From the NCBI GenBank assembly GCA_051294375.1, contig CM119264.1, positions 8,191,051 through 8,255,050 of the forward strand: 64,000 nucleotides of DNA, written 5' to 3'. Of this stretch, positions 42,892 to 55,446 are shown piece by piece. Every line of letters begins with the position of its first letter. Positions within the stretch are counted from its first letter, which is position 1. Source of the DNA: Paraspadella gotoi (lineage: Eukaryota; Animalia; Chaetognatha). The position numbers and the translations under genes are program-made. The notes beneath the pieces are model-generated. The model searched no databases, had not been told where the DNA came from, and saw only the letters and a program-made list of their open reading frames with translations.

Positions 42892-43530
42892 CTATCTAGG
42901 AAAAAAGTTAGAAACATTTTTTTAAAAGATTCATTTATCTCAATAAAAAATATACAAAAACATGGGTAAAACACTTCTCAATATTTGCTATGCCTTCCCT
43001 CAGCATCGACACTGCCTGCATTCGTCTGGGCATGCTCTCGTAAAGCGAATTGAGGTACGAAGGTGAAATACCTTTTTCCACACCTTTAGGCGCCAACTTC
43101 TCTTTCAGCCCAATGTATGATGAATTGTGCCGTCTTTCTCTCTTTTTTCTCGAGCTACAATTTGCACTTTTCATGAACCAAAAGAGAGGGGCTGTCTATT
43201 CGGCATAACCAAAATTTAAAAAAAATGAAAAAATAACAACTACTTCATTTGAAATAGAAAACAAATAACTATGCTCAATAACCAGAGAAATGGCTGGAAT
43301 AAACATAAAGGCGATTTTTTCCGCCAAATATTTTTTTGAGGTAGCAATCTTATTTTGCCTCTAACTTCTATCTACGTTGAGGCATCTACGAAAAAACTGG
43401 ACACGGAAGAACAACTGCAAAAGAAATTTAGTTGTAGAATCTGAAAACATCCTGATTTTTAAAATCGAGCAAGTTTTCGAGTAGAATATCCTCCAATTAA
43501 AAATGTTTCTAACTTTTCTTTCCTAGATAG
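42892..43530 (-). mobile_element. Second (inverted, noisy) copy of the same Tc1 element within the duplicated block
   Basis: Same TIRs, same SYLNSLYESMPRRMQAV peptide (track ORF 42935-43174) and the same flanks as 45229-45830. Confidence 0.8.
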
Positions 43531-45050
43531 TTATCCACGATATTAGCACGGACAGATGGAGTCAGCACCAGCCAAACTGACTAGTGTAAGAAGGAAAGAA
43601 AGAAAGAAAGCAAAGAAAGAAAGAAGAGAACAAGAAAGAGAAAGAAAGAAAGGGTTGACAAAAATCGATAAAGGAAAGGAATAGAAAAAAGAAAAGAAAA
43701 GAAAGAAAGAAAGAAAAAGAGGCAAAAAGCAAAAAGAGCGAAGTATTTTATTAAGTAGATAGTTTAATAGTAGAACTTTATAGTAGTTTTTATAGATATG
43801 TTTAAAACCCCGAAATAAGGTTTTTTTTTCAACTCGATCGAATCGAATCTCAACTTCCATATTCATATCCTCTAATCCTAAACCCTAAATCTTATCATTT
43901 CTCTTCTTCTTCCGTCTTTCCCCAATATCCAGGCAACCTTCTCTTTCATCTTTCCGTATCAGGGGTGATGTCGGATCCGTCCGGAACCTGGTATCCGGCC
44001 AACCGTCGTGGGCGGTGGGCGTCGTCCCAAAGCTTCATCGCCGGACCACGAATTTTACTTTCAAATCGGATCTTTCCAAACTCCTTTAGTTTCGCGATTG
44101 AGCAGTCGTCGGCTTTCGCTCGTTCGCTTCTTTTCTTTCTTTTCTTTACTTTCTTTTTTTATCGTTGACTTCTTTCCTTTCTTTTTCTTTACTTTTCTTT
44201 TTTATTATTAACTCTTTTCTTTCTTTTCTTTAATTTCTTTTTTTTATCGTTGACTTCTTTTTCCTTTACTTTTCTTTTATTTTTTCTTATTTTTTACTAT
44301 TGATGCTCTTCCATCTTTCTTTATTTTTTTTTTTTTTATAGTTCTGCTCTTTCTTTCTTTTTTTTACTTTTCTTTTGTTATCGTTGCACTTCTTTTCCTT
44401 TCTTTTCTATAACTTTCTCTTTTTTTTTATAGTTGACGCTCTTCCTTTCAAAAAAAAAAAAAAATAAAGAAAAGAATGGAAGAGCAGTCAATAGTAAAAA
44501 AAGAAAAATAAAGAAAAGAAAGGAAAAGAAGTCAACGATAAAAAAAAGAAAATTAAAGAAAAGAAAGGAAAAGAAGTTAATAATAAAAAAGAAAAGTAAA
44601 GAAAAGAAAGGAAAAGAAGTCAACGATAAAAAAAGAAAAGTAAAGAAAAGAAAGAAAGAGAAGCGAAGAGCGAAGCGACGACGAATCGCGAAAACCTAAA
44701 GTGAGTTTGGAAAGAATCGATTTGAAAGTAAAATTCGTGGTCGGCGAAGCTTTGGACGACGCCCACCGCCCACCGACGCGTTGGCCGGATACCAGGATCC
44801 ACGGATCCGACATCCCTGGATACGGAAAGATGAAAGAGAGGTTGGCCTGGATATTGGAGGAAAGACGGAAAGAGAAGAGAAATGATAAGATTTAGTTTAG
44901 GATTAGAGGATATGAATTGAAGTTGAGATTCGATTCGATCGAGTTGAAAAAAAAACTATTTCGGGTTTTAAACATATCTATAAAACTACTATAAATTCTA
45001 CTATTAAAACTACTATTAATAAAACTACTTCGCTCTTTTTGCTTTTTGCC

Positions 45051-45086
<36 letters not shown>

Positions 45087-45228
45087 TTTTTTTCCTTCTC
45101 TCTCTCTTTCTCTTTCTTTCTTTCTTTTCTTTCTTTCTTTCTTTCTTTCTTTTTCTTTCTTTCCTTTCTTTCTTTCTTTCGTTTTCACTATCAGTTTGGC
45201 TGTCTATCTCTCTGTCCGTCTATCTGTA

Positions 45229-45830
45229 CTATCTAGGAAAAAAGTTAAAACATTTTTAATTGGGATATCTACTCGAAAACTTGCTCGATTTTTAAAAATC
45301 AGGATGTTTCAGATTCTACACACTAAATTTCCTTTCAGTTGCTTCCTTCCATTTTTTCGTAGATCCAACCGTATAGAAGTTGAGGCAAAATAAGATTGCT
45401 AACCTCAAAAAAAATGGCGGAAAAAATCGCCTTTAGTTTTCCACAATTCTTGGTATTGAGTTATTTGTTTCTATTTCAAATTGAAGTTTTTATTTTTTCA
45501 TTTTTTTTAAATTTGGTTATGCCGAATAGACAGCCCCTCTCTTTGGTTCATTAAAGGTGCAATTGTAGCTCGAGAAAAAGAGAGAAAGACGGCAACAACT
45601 TCATCCAACATCGGGGCTGAAAAGAATTGCGCCTAAAGGTGTGGAAAAACATTTCACCTTCGTACCTCAATTCGCTTTACGAGAGCATGCCCAGACGAAT
45701 GCAGGCAGTGGTCGATGCCGAGGGAAGGCATACGCAAATATTGAGAATGTTTTACCCATGTTTTTGTATATTTTTTATTGAATAAATGAACTTTTTAAAA
45801 AAAAATGTTTCTAACTTTTTTCCTAGATAG
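45229..45830 (+). mobile_element. Internally deleted (non-autonomous) Tc1/mariner DNA transposon, 602 bp
   Basis: TA|CTATCTAGGAAAAAAGTTAAAACATTTTT ... AAAAATGTTTCTAACTTTTTTCCTAGATAG|TA: ~30-bp TIRs and a TA target-site duplication. 45636-45744 encodes KVWKNISPSYLNSLYESMPRRMQAVVDAEGRHT(K)Y* (one extra base), the typical Tc1 transposase C-terminus SMPRRxxAVxxAxGxxTKY. Confidence 0.9.
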
Positions 45831-45892
45831 TATGTTAGCAGTCTGCCAACCTCTTTCAAAAATCTCTCTCTCACTTTCTCTCTCTCTCTTCT

Positions 45893-45929
<37 letters not shown>

Positions 45930-47554
45930 TCCCCCATCTAACCCGCAGCCGTTGAAAGGCCATTCAAGGATTTGTTGAAGAACGCCCGTCGGAGGAAGAG
46001 AGGAGAAGGGAGGAAAGGGAAAGGGAGGAAGTGGAAGAACGAGAAGAACGAGAAGAGGGAACGAGGAGAGAAAGAATTAATTGGAGGGGAATTGAAAGGC
46101 GTGGAAACTCTGCGAGGGGGAAAAGAGTTCAAAGAGCGAATAGGGGAATGGGAGGGGGGCCGAGGGGGGGTGGCGTTCGTTAGCGAAGAGAAAGACCATT
46201 CGACGAGATTCGGCCGCCAATTAGTCTGTCGGAGATCGAACGAGGATGGGGGGGGGGAACTGAAAAATGGGTGAGGGGGGCAGGGAAGAAGGATAGAGTA
46301 TTTTAATAAAAAAAAAAAGAAAGATGGCGAATGTGAAAAAAGAAGAAAAAAAAACGTGTGAGAGAAAAAAGGGAGAAGAAAAGTGAGAAGAAAAACCAGG
46401 GAAGAACGGATCCGGAGAAAGGAAAAGGGGGGTCTGTTGTTGGAGGAAGTAAATGGAGCGAGAGAACGACTTGGAAATAGAAAACAATGGCGGCTAAAAG
46501 GAGAAAAATGGAGAAAAGGAGGAAAATGGAGAAAAGAGATAAATGGAGAAAAGAGGAAAATGGAGAAAAAGAGAAAAAAAGGAGAAAAGAGGAAAATGGA
46601 GAAAAGGAGAAAAATAGAGTTGCTCCGCGAGTACTCGCGGCGCAACTAAAAAGGAAAAAAATAGGAAATGAAGAGAAGACAAAAGGTTACGCTTTTCGGA
46701 TCGGGAAAAACCTGAGATTGATAGATATGATCCATTTTCGATCAAACGTCTGGGAGGAAAGAAGAGTTAGTGAATTAATCTAGCGAAAAGAAATTATTTC
46801 TCGTTTGAAGGTTTCTTCTGAAGAAAATTTTGATTTGGTTTCCATATATTTCCAATTTTGTTCACGTTAAGTAACAATACGTGGTCGATAGATAAGTTAC
46901 TTGCATCATCATTTTGATGAATAGTAAAGAAAACTTATCACCGAACTGTGACAGCTGAAGATGATGATGATGATGATGATGATGAAGATGATAACCGCGG
47001 ATTCGTCACTCGATTTGTCCAACAATATCGTTAGCGGTCGCTATTTTGAAGATTCTTGATTAATGAATTTTAAAACATCTCATAAAAACAACATTGTTAG
47101 CAACTTTAAAACTCTCGTCGAAAGAAACTCAACTTGGATTGGTGAGACGAGAATGGGATCGGCTCAACTTTAAGACTACTAATCCAACGGAGTTTTAACT
47201 GCATCGTTCAAAATCAATTATTCCCAGTTAAAAATTCTAAAGAAATAGTTTAATTAATTTTTTTCGAAAGAAAAATCCTTTTTTTTCTTCTGTATTTAAA
47301 TAAAGCAAAGGATTTCTCGAGTCGCGACTGAGCTCGACGCTGCTGGCGGCAAAAGACGTAGATTTTAGCGGCGCCAACCCGAGTCGACTTCTTTAATCGA
47401 CACCAGATGGCAGCGGCGAACAAAGAACGAAACAAAAGACAATAAAAAGAAAAAAGAAAGGAAAAGGGTAAGAAAGGGAGAGAAAATGGAATGAGCGGGA
47501 GAAATGGGAAGGAAGGGGGAGAGACGGAGAAGATAAGAAAAGAGAGAAGAGAGG

Positions 47555-47596
<42 letters not shown>

Positions 47597-47757
47597 AGAG
47601 AGAGAGAGAGAGTAGTGGTGATAAAACGGAAGGTCGCCAACCAAGAGCAAGGGGATCGAATGATTCGAACGCCATTCAGTGTTGTTCCTCATCGGTCTGC
47701 CCTTGTAAGGGGCGTATAGAGATGTTAGATGTATGAGAAGGAGAGAGAGAGAGAGAG

Positions 47758-47810
<53 letters not shown>

Positions 47811-49940
47811 ATATTTAAAAATGATTTTATTTTGGAATCAATCGTTTTAGCCGGAGGGTTGAAAAATGTAATGGATAACAAACAGAGTAACAAAGTCAAA
47901 GTTCGAAATTAGGCCACTTGTATTATGTAATATGTAATAATGTGTAATATGTACTTAAGGTTGAACCTTTCTTTTTTAAATACCATATCCTGGTATACAT
48001 TAATGGAACAGTTGAATAAGAGAATAGGGAGTAATTACTATCAAGAAAAAGAGAACATTTACTGAATGACAAAACGAACGACAGCGAAAAACTGGCCGAG
48101 TCTAAAATTTCAAGTTCCCGACGAAGCAAAACAAATCCAGACAGAAAAAAAGGTTTTTGTCTCTCAAACCCGACGCCTCATTTAGTCCTTCGCTCATCAG
48201 AATTCATTTCTTCTTTTGTTTCCACCATTTTTTCTTCNNNNNNNNNNNNNNNNNNNNNNNNNGGAGACGACGACGACGCGGACGACGACCGAAAGAACTA
48301 TGGCGTCACGAAAGAGGGAACCGAAGAAGAAAAAGCCAGCCAAACGACGGTTTAACCTTGCCAAGAATTACGAGTGGATAAAGGAGGAGGAGGAGGAGGA
48401 GAGGAGGAGGGAGGGAGGGGGGGGCAGACGCAGAACCAAACGACATGCTTTACATGCCTTACTCTCTTCATGACTCCTGACGGGAATTGTGATGTTGGGG
48501 AGCGTTTTCACGCGAGTCAGAGAAATAACAACAACAAAAACCAACAAGGAAAATCACGCCATTACGACTACAATCACAGCAAATAACCATATCAATAAAA
48601 GCGCCCAACGAACGTAAGACCAGAGTTAACCCAGACCTGCAAGCAACCACGACGACAAACAAAAACAATAACGACCAACAACGGGTCAGGGCTCGTGGAC
48701 TTCGAAAATCTGGAAACATCCGCGAGAAACGCGAAAGATAAAGACGAAAAACGAAAACGAGGCCGACGCTAGCGACGCCGTCGATGGAATCTCGTTAGCC
48801 CAGACAAAACGACTTCCACCTACTTCATTCGCAACAACCGCCCAAACACTTCGGTCCGCCAAATCCATCCGTTTGCTTTTCTCTTCCGCCTCTCCTTTCT
48901 TCCTCCTCCACCCTAACCCGGGCCTCTTCCTGCACCCCATCTTCGACGGACCCCTTTTCTTCACCCAACTTCGTCACGCCCCTTCTTACCCCACCCCCGC
49001 AACACACCCATCCACCCGCGCGTCTCACTTCCGATTTTCCGTTTCACGGCGATCACAAATTCGAAATCGAAACGACTTTCCTTTCGTCACCGACAGAAGA
49101 AGCGAGGCGGCGAACTCCGGCGAGAGGGCGGCTGCCGATCAACGGCAGCGGAATCAACGGCTGCCGGTATTCAACGGCAGCCGGATTCACCGGTTTCGGC
49201 GATCAAAGGCCCAATCAAAATTAAGGCCGCAATTCGAGCCGCAGCATTTATCAATCAAACCATCAATCCCTGATCGACAATGTTCCAAAAAGACCTTCCG
49301 AAAATATATTTCACTCAGAGATATTACCAGAAAAAGTCATTAAATCGAAGTCATTCAACTCTCGTGATCGAACCTCCGCAAATGCGGCCGATCGATATCA
49401 GCGGCAGCACGAGAAAAACCGATCGACGCAGCCGCAGGGCGACTTCGCCAAAATCTGCGGCAGGCGAACTCGCCTTTCCTTTTGCGGCAGTCGTTTCCAG
49501 ACGAAGCTCAGTTGGCGGCCACAGGAGTAAGTGAAAGGAGCGAGCGACTGGGGAGACTTTTAAAACGACGACGACGACGACGACGATCACAACGACGACT
49601 CACGAGCGGCGAGGAAAGAAAAAAAATGAAGGGAAACGATAAACACAGCCCAAAAATATATAGGCAGAAAAAAGGTTTGGAACGAAGGGTGGGGTAGAAA
49701 AATGAACAAGAAAATTAAATATTAAGAGAAGGGAAAAAAATAAAATGAAAGAAAATGAATTGCTGTGTCTTAAATTTTGAATAGTTCTAGTCTTTTTTTT
49801 ATAACTTTTTATGTGATTGTATTTTTAAAATTTATAACATTATACAACATACAAAAAGAATTCAGTCAAAAACAAATGGAAAAACGTGAAACTGACAGGA
49901 GTGAAGACAGGAGACAGAAGTGAGACACACACAGAGAGAG

Positions 49941-50000
<60 letters not shown>

Positions 50001-51712
50001 AGGAAGAGGAGACAGAGAGAGAGAAGAGAGAGAGAAGGAGAGAGAGAGAGAGATGGAAGAGAGAGAGAGAGAGAGAGGATCACTCTCTGTCAGTTTCACG
50101 TTTTCCATTTGTTTTTGACTGACTTCTTTGTAGGAAAAAGTTATAAATTTTAAAAATACACCCATAAAAAGTTATAAAAAAAGACTAGAAACTATTCAAA
50201 AAAAAGACGAGGAGATAATAGGAAGAATAAATGAACGAAAAAAACAACTGATAAAACCTGAAACATGACAAAGAAAGCATCCGTATCTAAACAAAAAAAA
50301 CACCGCAACGACACTGAACCATCCTATTTTTTCAAAATACGTCATTCGAACTGAAGCTGAAAACAAACCAGGCGAAAAAAGCAACTATAGAGAACTACTC
50401 CGTAAAGCAGGCTCCGAAAAATCCCGTTCCACCCCAAGTACACACGACACCAGTACAGAAAGGCAAGTTCACCCTCCCTCCACCACAAAACAACATCAGA
50501 AAAAAGAAGAAAAGTCAATTAACGCCGAAAGCAGGGTAAAGAAAAAAAAAACGTCAACCGAGAAAACTCGACAGAACAAGCCAAAAGCGCAGTCAACAAA
50601 CAAAACCCGGTCGAGAAAGTACACGCAGAGTCACGATCAGAACAAAAAAAGAAAAGTAAAGAAACCAGAAAGGACGCAGACTCAACTATAACACCACACC
50701 AAGAAAAGTAAAGACAACAGCACATGGACAGAAGCCAGCCTCACATAAGAACAAAAAATAAAAGTAAAGAAAAGAAAGGAAGACAGCTCACCACCTATCA
50801 AAAAAAAAAAGAAACAGTATACGAAAAGACAACGGAAAAAGCCAAGTAACGATAACAAAACGAAAGTAAAGACAAGCAAAGAAAAGAGAGTCACCTATAA
50901 AAAAAAAAACAACAAAATAAACGAAAAGAATGCGAAAGCGTCAACTAGTAAAAAAAGAAAAATAACACGAAAAGAAAGGAAAAGAAGTCAACCGATAAAA
51001 AAAAAGAAAATCTAAAGAAAAGAAACGAAAGCAAGTTAATCAATAAAAAGCAAAAGTAAAGAAAAGAAAGGAAAACGAAGTCAACGATAAAAAACAGAAA
51101 GTAAAGAAAAGCAAAGACCAGAGAAGCGAAGAGCGAAGGACGACGAATCGCGAAAAACTAAAGTGAGTTTGGGACAAGAATCGACTTTGAAAGTAAAAAT
51201 TCGTGGTCGGCCGAAGCTTTGGACGACATAACGCCACCGCCCACACCGACCGCGTTTGGCCGGATACCCAGATCCACGGATCCGACATCCCTGGATACGG
51301 AAACGATGACAGCAGAGGTTGGCCCTGGATATTGGAGGAAAGAACGGAAAGAGAAGAGAAATGATAAGATTTACGTTTAGGCATAGAGGATATGAATTGA
51401 AAAGTTGGAGATTCGACTTCGATCGAGTTGAAAAAAAACTATTTCGGGTTTTTAAACATATCTATAAAACTACTATAAATTCCTACTATTAAAAACTACT
51501 TATAAACTACTTTGCTCTTTTTGCTTTTTGCCTCTTTCTTTCTTTCTTCTCTTTCTTTCTTTCTTCTCTTCTTCTTTCTTTTCTTTGCTTTTCTTTCTTT
51601 CATTTCCCTTTTCTTTCTTTCTTTTTCTTTTTCCTCTTTTTCTTTCTCCTTTCTTGTCTTTCTTCAGCCTATCATTTGGACTGTCTATATCTCTCTGTCC
51701 GTCTATCTGTAA

Positions 51713-52438
51713 CTATCTAGCGAAACAAAGTTAGGAAACCATTTTTTAATTGAGAGGGATTATCTACTCGACAGAACTTGCTCGATTTTTTAAAAATTTC
51801 AGGCATGTTTTCAGATTCTAAGCCTTAATAACACGGTAAATTCTCCTTTCAGTTGCTTCCCTTCGGCATTCTTTTCGTAAGATCAACGAAACGAGTTAGC
51901 AAGAGGACTAATACAGATTCGCTAACCTCAAGTAAAAAAAATGGCGGGAAAAAAAATCGCGCTTTTACGTTTTCCACAATTCTCTGTATTCGAGCCTTAA
52001 TTTATTGGTTTCTATTCTAATTTCAAATTGAAGTTTTAGTTTATTTTTTTCATTTTTTTAAAATTTGCGTTATGCAGATAGACAGCCTCCTCTCTTTGGT
52101 TCATAAAGGTGCAATTGTAGCTCCTAGAAAAGAGAGAAAGACGCAATTAGATTATCGTAAGCAATAGCTCTAGAAAAAGAGACGTAATTACCAACAATCG
52201 TGGAGGGCTGAAAGAAAAGAATTGCGCTATAAGGTGTGGAAAAACATTTCACTTCGTACCTCAATTCGCTTTACAGAGAGCATGCCGCTACGACGAATGC
52301 AAGGCAGTGGTCGAATGCCGAAGGGAAGGCCATACCAAATTTATTGAGGAATGTTTTACCCATGTTTTGTATATTTTTTAACTTGAATAAATGAACTTTT
52401 AAAAATAAAAATGTTTGCTCACTTTTTTTCCTAGATAG
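51713..52438 (+). mobile_element. Third (insertion-rich) copy of the same Tc1 element within the duplicated block
   Basis: CTATCTAG...CCTAGATAG|TA ends and the same flanks. About 120 nt longer because of scattered insertions. Confidence 0.75.
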
Positions 52439-54230
52439 TAAATGTTAGCAGTCCTGCCAACTCTCTTTCAAAAATCTCTCTCTCACTTTCTCTCTCTCTC
52501 TCGTCTCTCCTGCTTCCTCTCTCGTACCTACTCTCTCCCGTCCACTCTCTATAAATCACCTCTGCACAACTGTCATACATAACCCAGCACAGCCATGTGA
52601 AAAGCCATTACAAGGATTTGTTGAGAGAACGTCCCGTCGGATGGAAGAAGGGGAGGAGAAGGGAGGAAAGGGAAAGGGAGGAAGTGGAAGACACTGAACG
52701 AGAAGAACGGAGAAGAGGGAACGAGGAGAAAAGATTAATCTGAGAGGGGGAATTGAAAAGGCGCTGTGGAAACCTCGCGAGGGGAAAGAGACTTCACAAG
52801 AGCGAATAGGGAATGGGAAGGGGGGCGGCGAGGGGGGGTGGCGCTTCGTTAGCGAAGAAGACCATTCGAGAGACTCGGCCGCAATTCAGTTGCTGTCGGA
52901 GATCGAACGAGGATGGGGGGGCGAACTGGAAAAATGGTGAGGGGGGCAGGGAAGAAGGATTAGAGTTTTGTATAAAAAAAAGAAAGATGGCGAATGTGAA
53001 AAAGAAGAAAAAAAAACGTGTGAGAGAAAAAAGGTGAGAAGAAAAGTGAAGAGAAAAACCAGGGAAGACGGATCCGGAGAAAGGAAAAGGGGGTCTGTTG
53101 TTGGAGGAAGTAAATGGAGCGAGAGAAGATCTTGGAAATAGAAAAACAATGGCGGCTAAAAGGAGAAAAATGGAGAAAAGGAGAAAATGGAGAAAAGAGA
53201 TAATGGAGAAAAGAGGAATGGAGAAAAAGGAAAAAAAGGAGAAAAAGCAGGAAAATGGAGAAAAGGAGAAAAATAGAGTTGCTCCGCGAGTCATCTCGCG
53301 GCGCAACCTAAAAAGGAAAAAAATAGGAAATGAAGAGAAGACAAAAGGTTACGCTTTTCGGATCGCGGAAAAACCTGAGATTGATAGATATGATCCATTT
53401 TCCGATTCAACGTCTGGGAGGAAAGAAGAGTTAGTGAATTAATCTAGCGAAAAGAATTATTTCTCGTTTGAAGGTTTCTTCTGAAGAAAATTTTGATTTG
53501 GTTTCCAATATATTTCCAAATTTTGTTCACGTTAAGTAACAATACGTGGTCGATAGATAAGTACTTGCATCATCATTTTGATGAATAGTTAAAGAAAAAC
53601 TTATCACCTGAACTGTGACAGCTGAAGATCATGATGATTGAATGATGATGATGAAGATGATAACCGCGGATTCGTCACTCCGATTTGTCCAACAATATCG
53701 TTAGCGGTCGCTATTTTGAAGATTCTTGATTAATGAATTTTAAAACATCTCATAAAAAACAACATTGTTTAGCAACTTTAAAACTCTCGTCGAAAGAAAC
53801 TCAACTTGGATTGGTGAGACGAGAATGGGATCGGCTCAACTTTAAGACTACTAATCCAACGGAGTTTTAACTGCATCCGTTCAAAATCAATTATTCCGAG
53901 TTTAAAAAATTCTAAAAGAAATAGTTTAATTATTTTTTTCGAAAGAAAAATCCTTTTTTTTCTTCTGTTATTTTTAAATAAAGGCAAAGGATTTCTCGAG
54001 TCGCGACTGAGCTCGACGCTGCTGGCGGCAAAAGACCGTAGATTTTAGCGGCGCCAACCCGAGTCGACTTCTTTAATCGACACCAGATGGGCAGCGGCGA
54101 ACAAAGAACGAAACAAAAGACAATAAAAAAGAAAAAGAAAGGAAAAGGGTAAGAAAGGGAGAGAAAATGGAATGAGGCGGGAGAAATGGGAAGGAAGGGG
54201 GAGAGACGAAGAGATAAGAAAAGAGGAAGA

Positions 54231-54293
<63 letters not shown>

Positions 54294-54381
54294 GGTGATA
54301 AACGCGAAGGTCCCAACCAAGACAAGGGGATGATGATTCGACGCCATTAGTGTTGTCCTTGGTCGCCTTGTAAGGGGCGAT

Positions 54382-54416
<35 letters not shown>

Positions 54417-54422
54417 TAGAGA

Positions 54423-54455
<33 letters not shown>

Positions 54456-55446
54456 GAGAGGAATATTTAAAAATGATTTTATTTAGGAATCAATCGTTTT
54501 AGCCGGAGGGTTGGAAAAATGTAATGGATAACAAACAGGAGTAACAAAGTCAAAGTTCGAAATTAGGCCACTTGTATTATGTAATATGTAATAATGTGAA
54601 TATGTACTTAAGGTTGAACCTTTCTTTTTTAAATCCATATCCTGGTATACATTAATGGAACAGTTGAATAAGAGAAAGGGAGTAATTACTATCAAGAAAA
54701 AGAGACATTTACTGAATGACAAAACGAACGACAGCGAAAAACTGGCCGAGTCTAAAATTTCAAGTTCCCGCGAAGCAAAACAAATCCAGACAGAAAAAAA
54801 GGTTTTTGTTCTCAAACCGACGTCATTTAGTCCTTCGCTCATCAGAATTCATTTCTTCTTTTGTTTCCAACCATTTTTTTCTTCTCCTCTCTCTCTCTCT
54901 CTCTCTCTCTCATCTCTTCTCTCGTCTCTTCTCTCTCTCTCTCTCTCTCTGTCTCCTCTCTCTCTTCCTCTCTCTCTCTCTCTCTCTCTGGTCTCTCTCT
55001 CTCTCTCTCTTCTCTCTCTCTGTGTGTGTCTCACTTCTGTCTCCTGTCTTCACTCCTGTCAGTTTCACGTTTTTCCATTTGTTTTTGACTGAATTCTTTT
55101 TGTATGTTGTATAATGTTATAAATTTTAAAAATACAATCACATAAAAAGTTATAAAAAAAAGACTAGAACTATTCAAAATTTAAGACACAGCAATTCATT
55201 TTCTTTCATTTTATTTTTTTCCCTTCTCTTAATATTTAATTTTCTTTTCATTTTTCTACCCCACCCTTCGTTCCAAACCTTTTTTCTGCCTATATATTTT
55301 TGGCCGTGTTTATCGTTTCCCTTANNNNNNNNNNNNNNNNNNNNNNNNNTTTTTTTCTTTCCCGCCGCTCGTGAGTCGTCGTTGTGATCGTCGTCGTCGT
55401 CGTCGTCGTTTTAAAAGTCTCCCAGTCGCTCGCTCCTTTCACTTAC

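Noticed and set aside
42892-52438. Three Tc1 copies as a local transposition burst
   Set aside because: All three have the same flanks, so they are one insertion inside the duplicated block.
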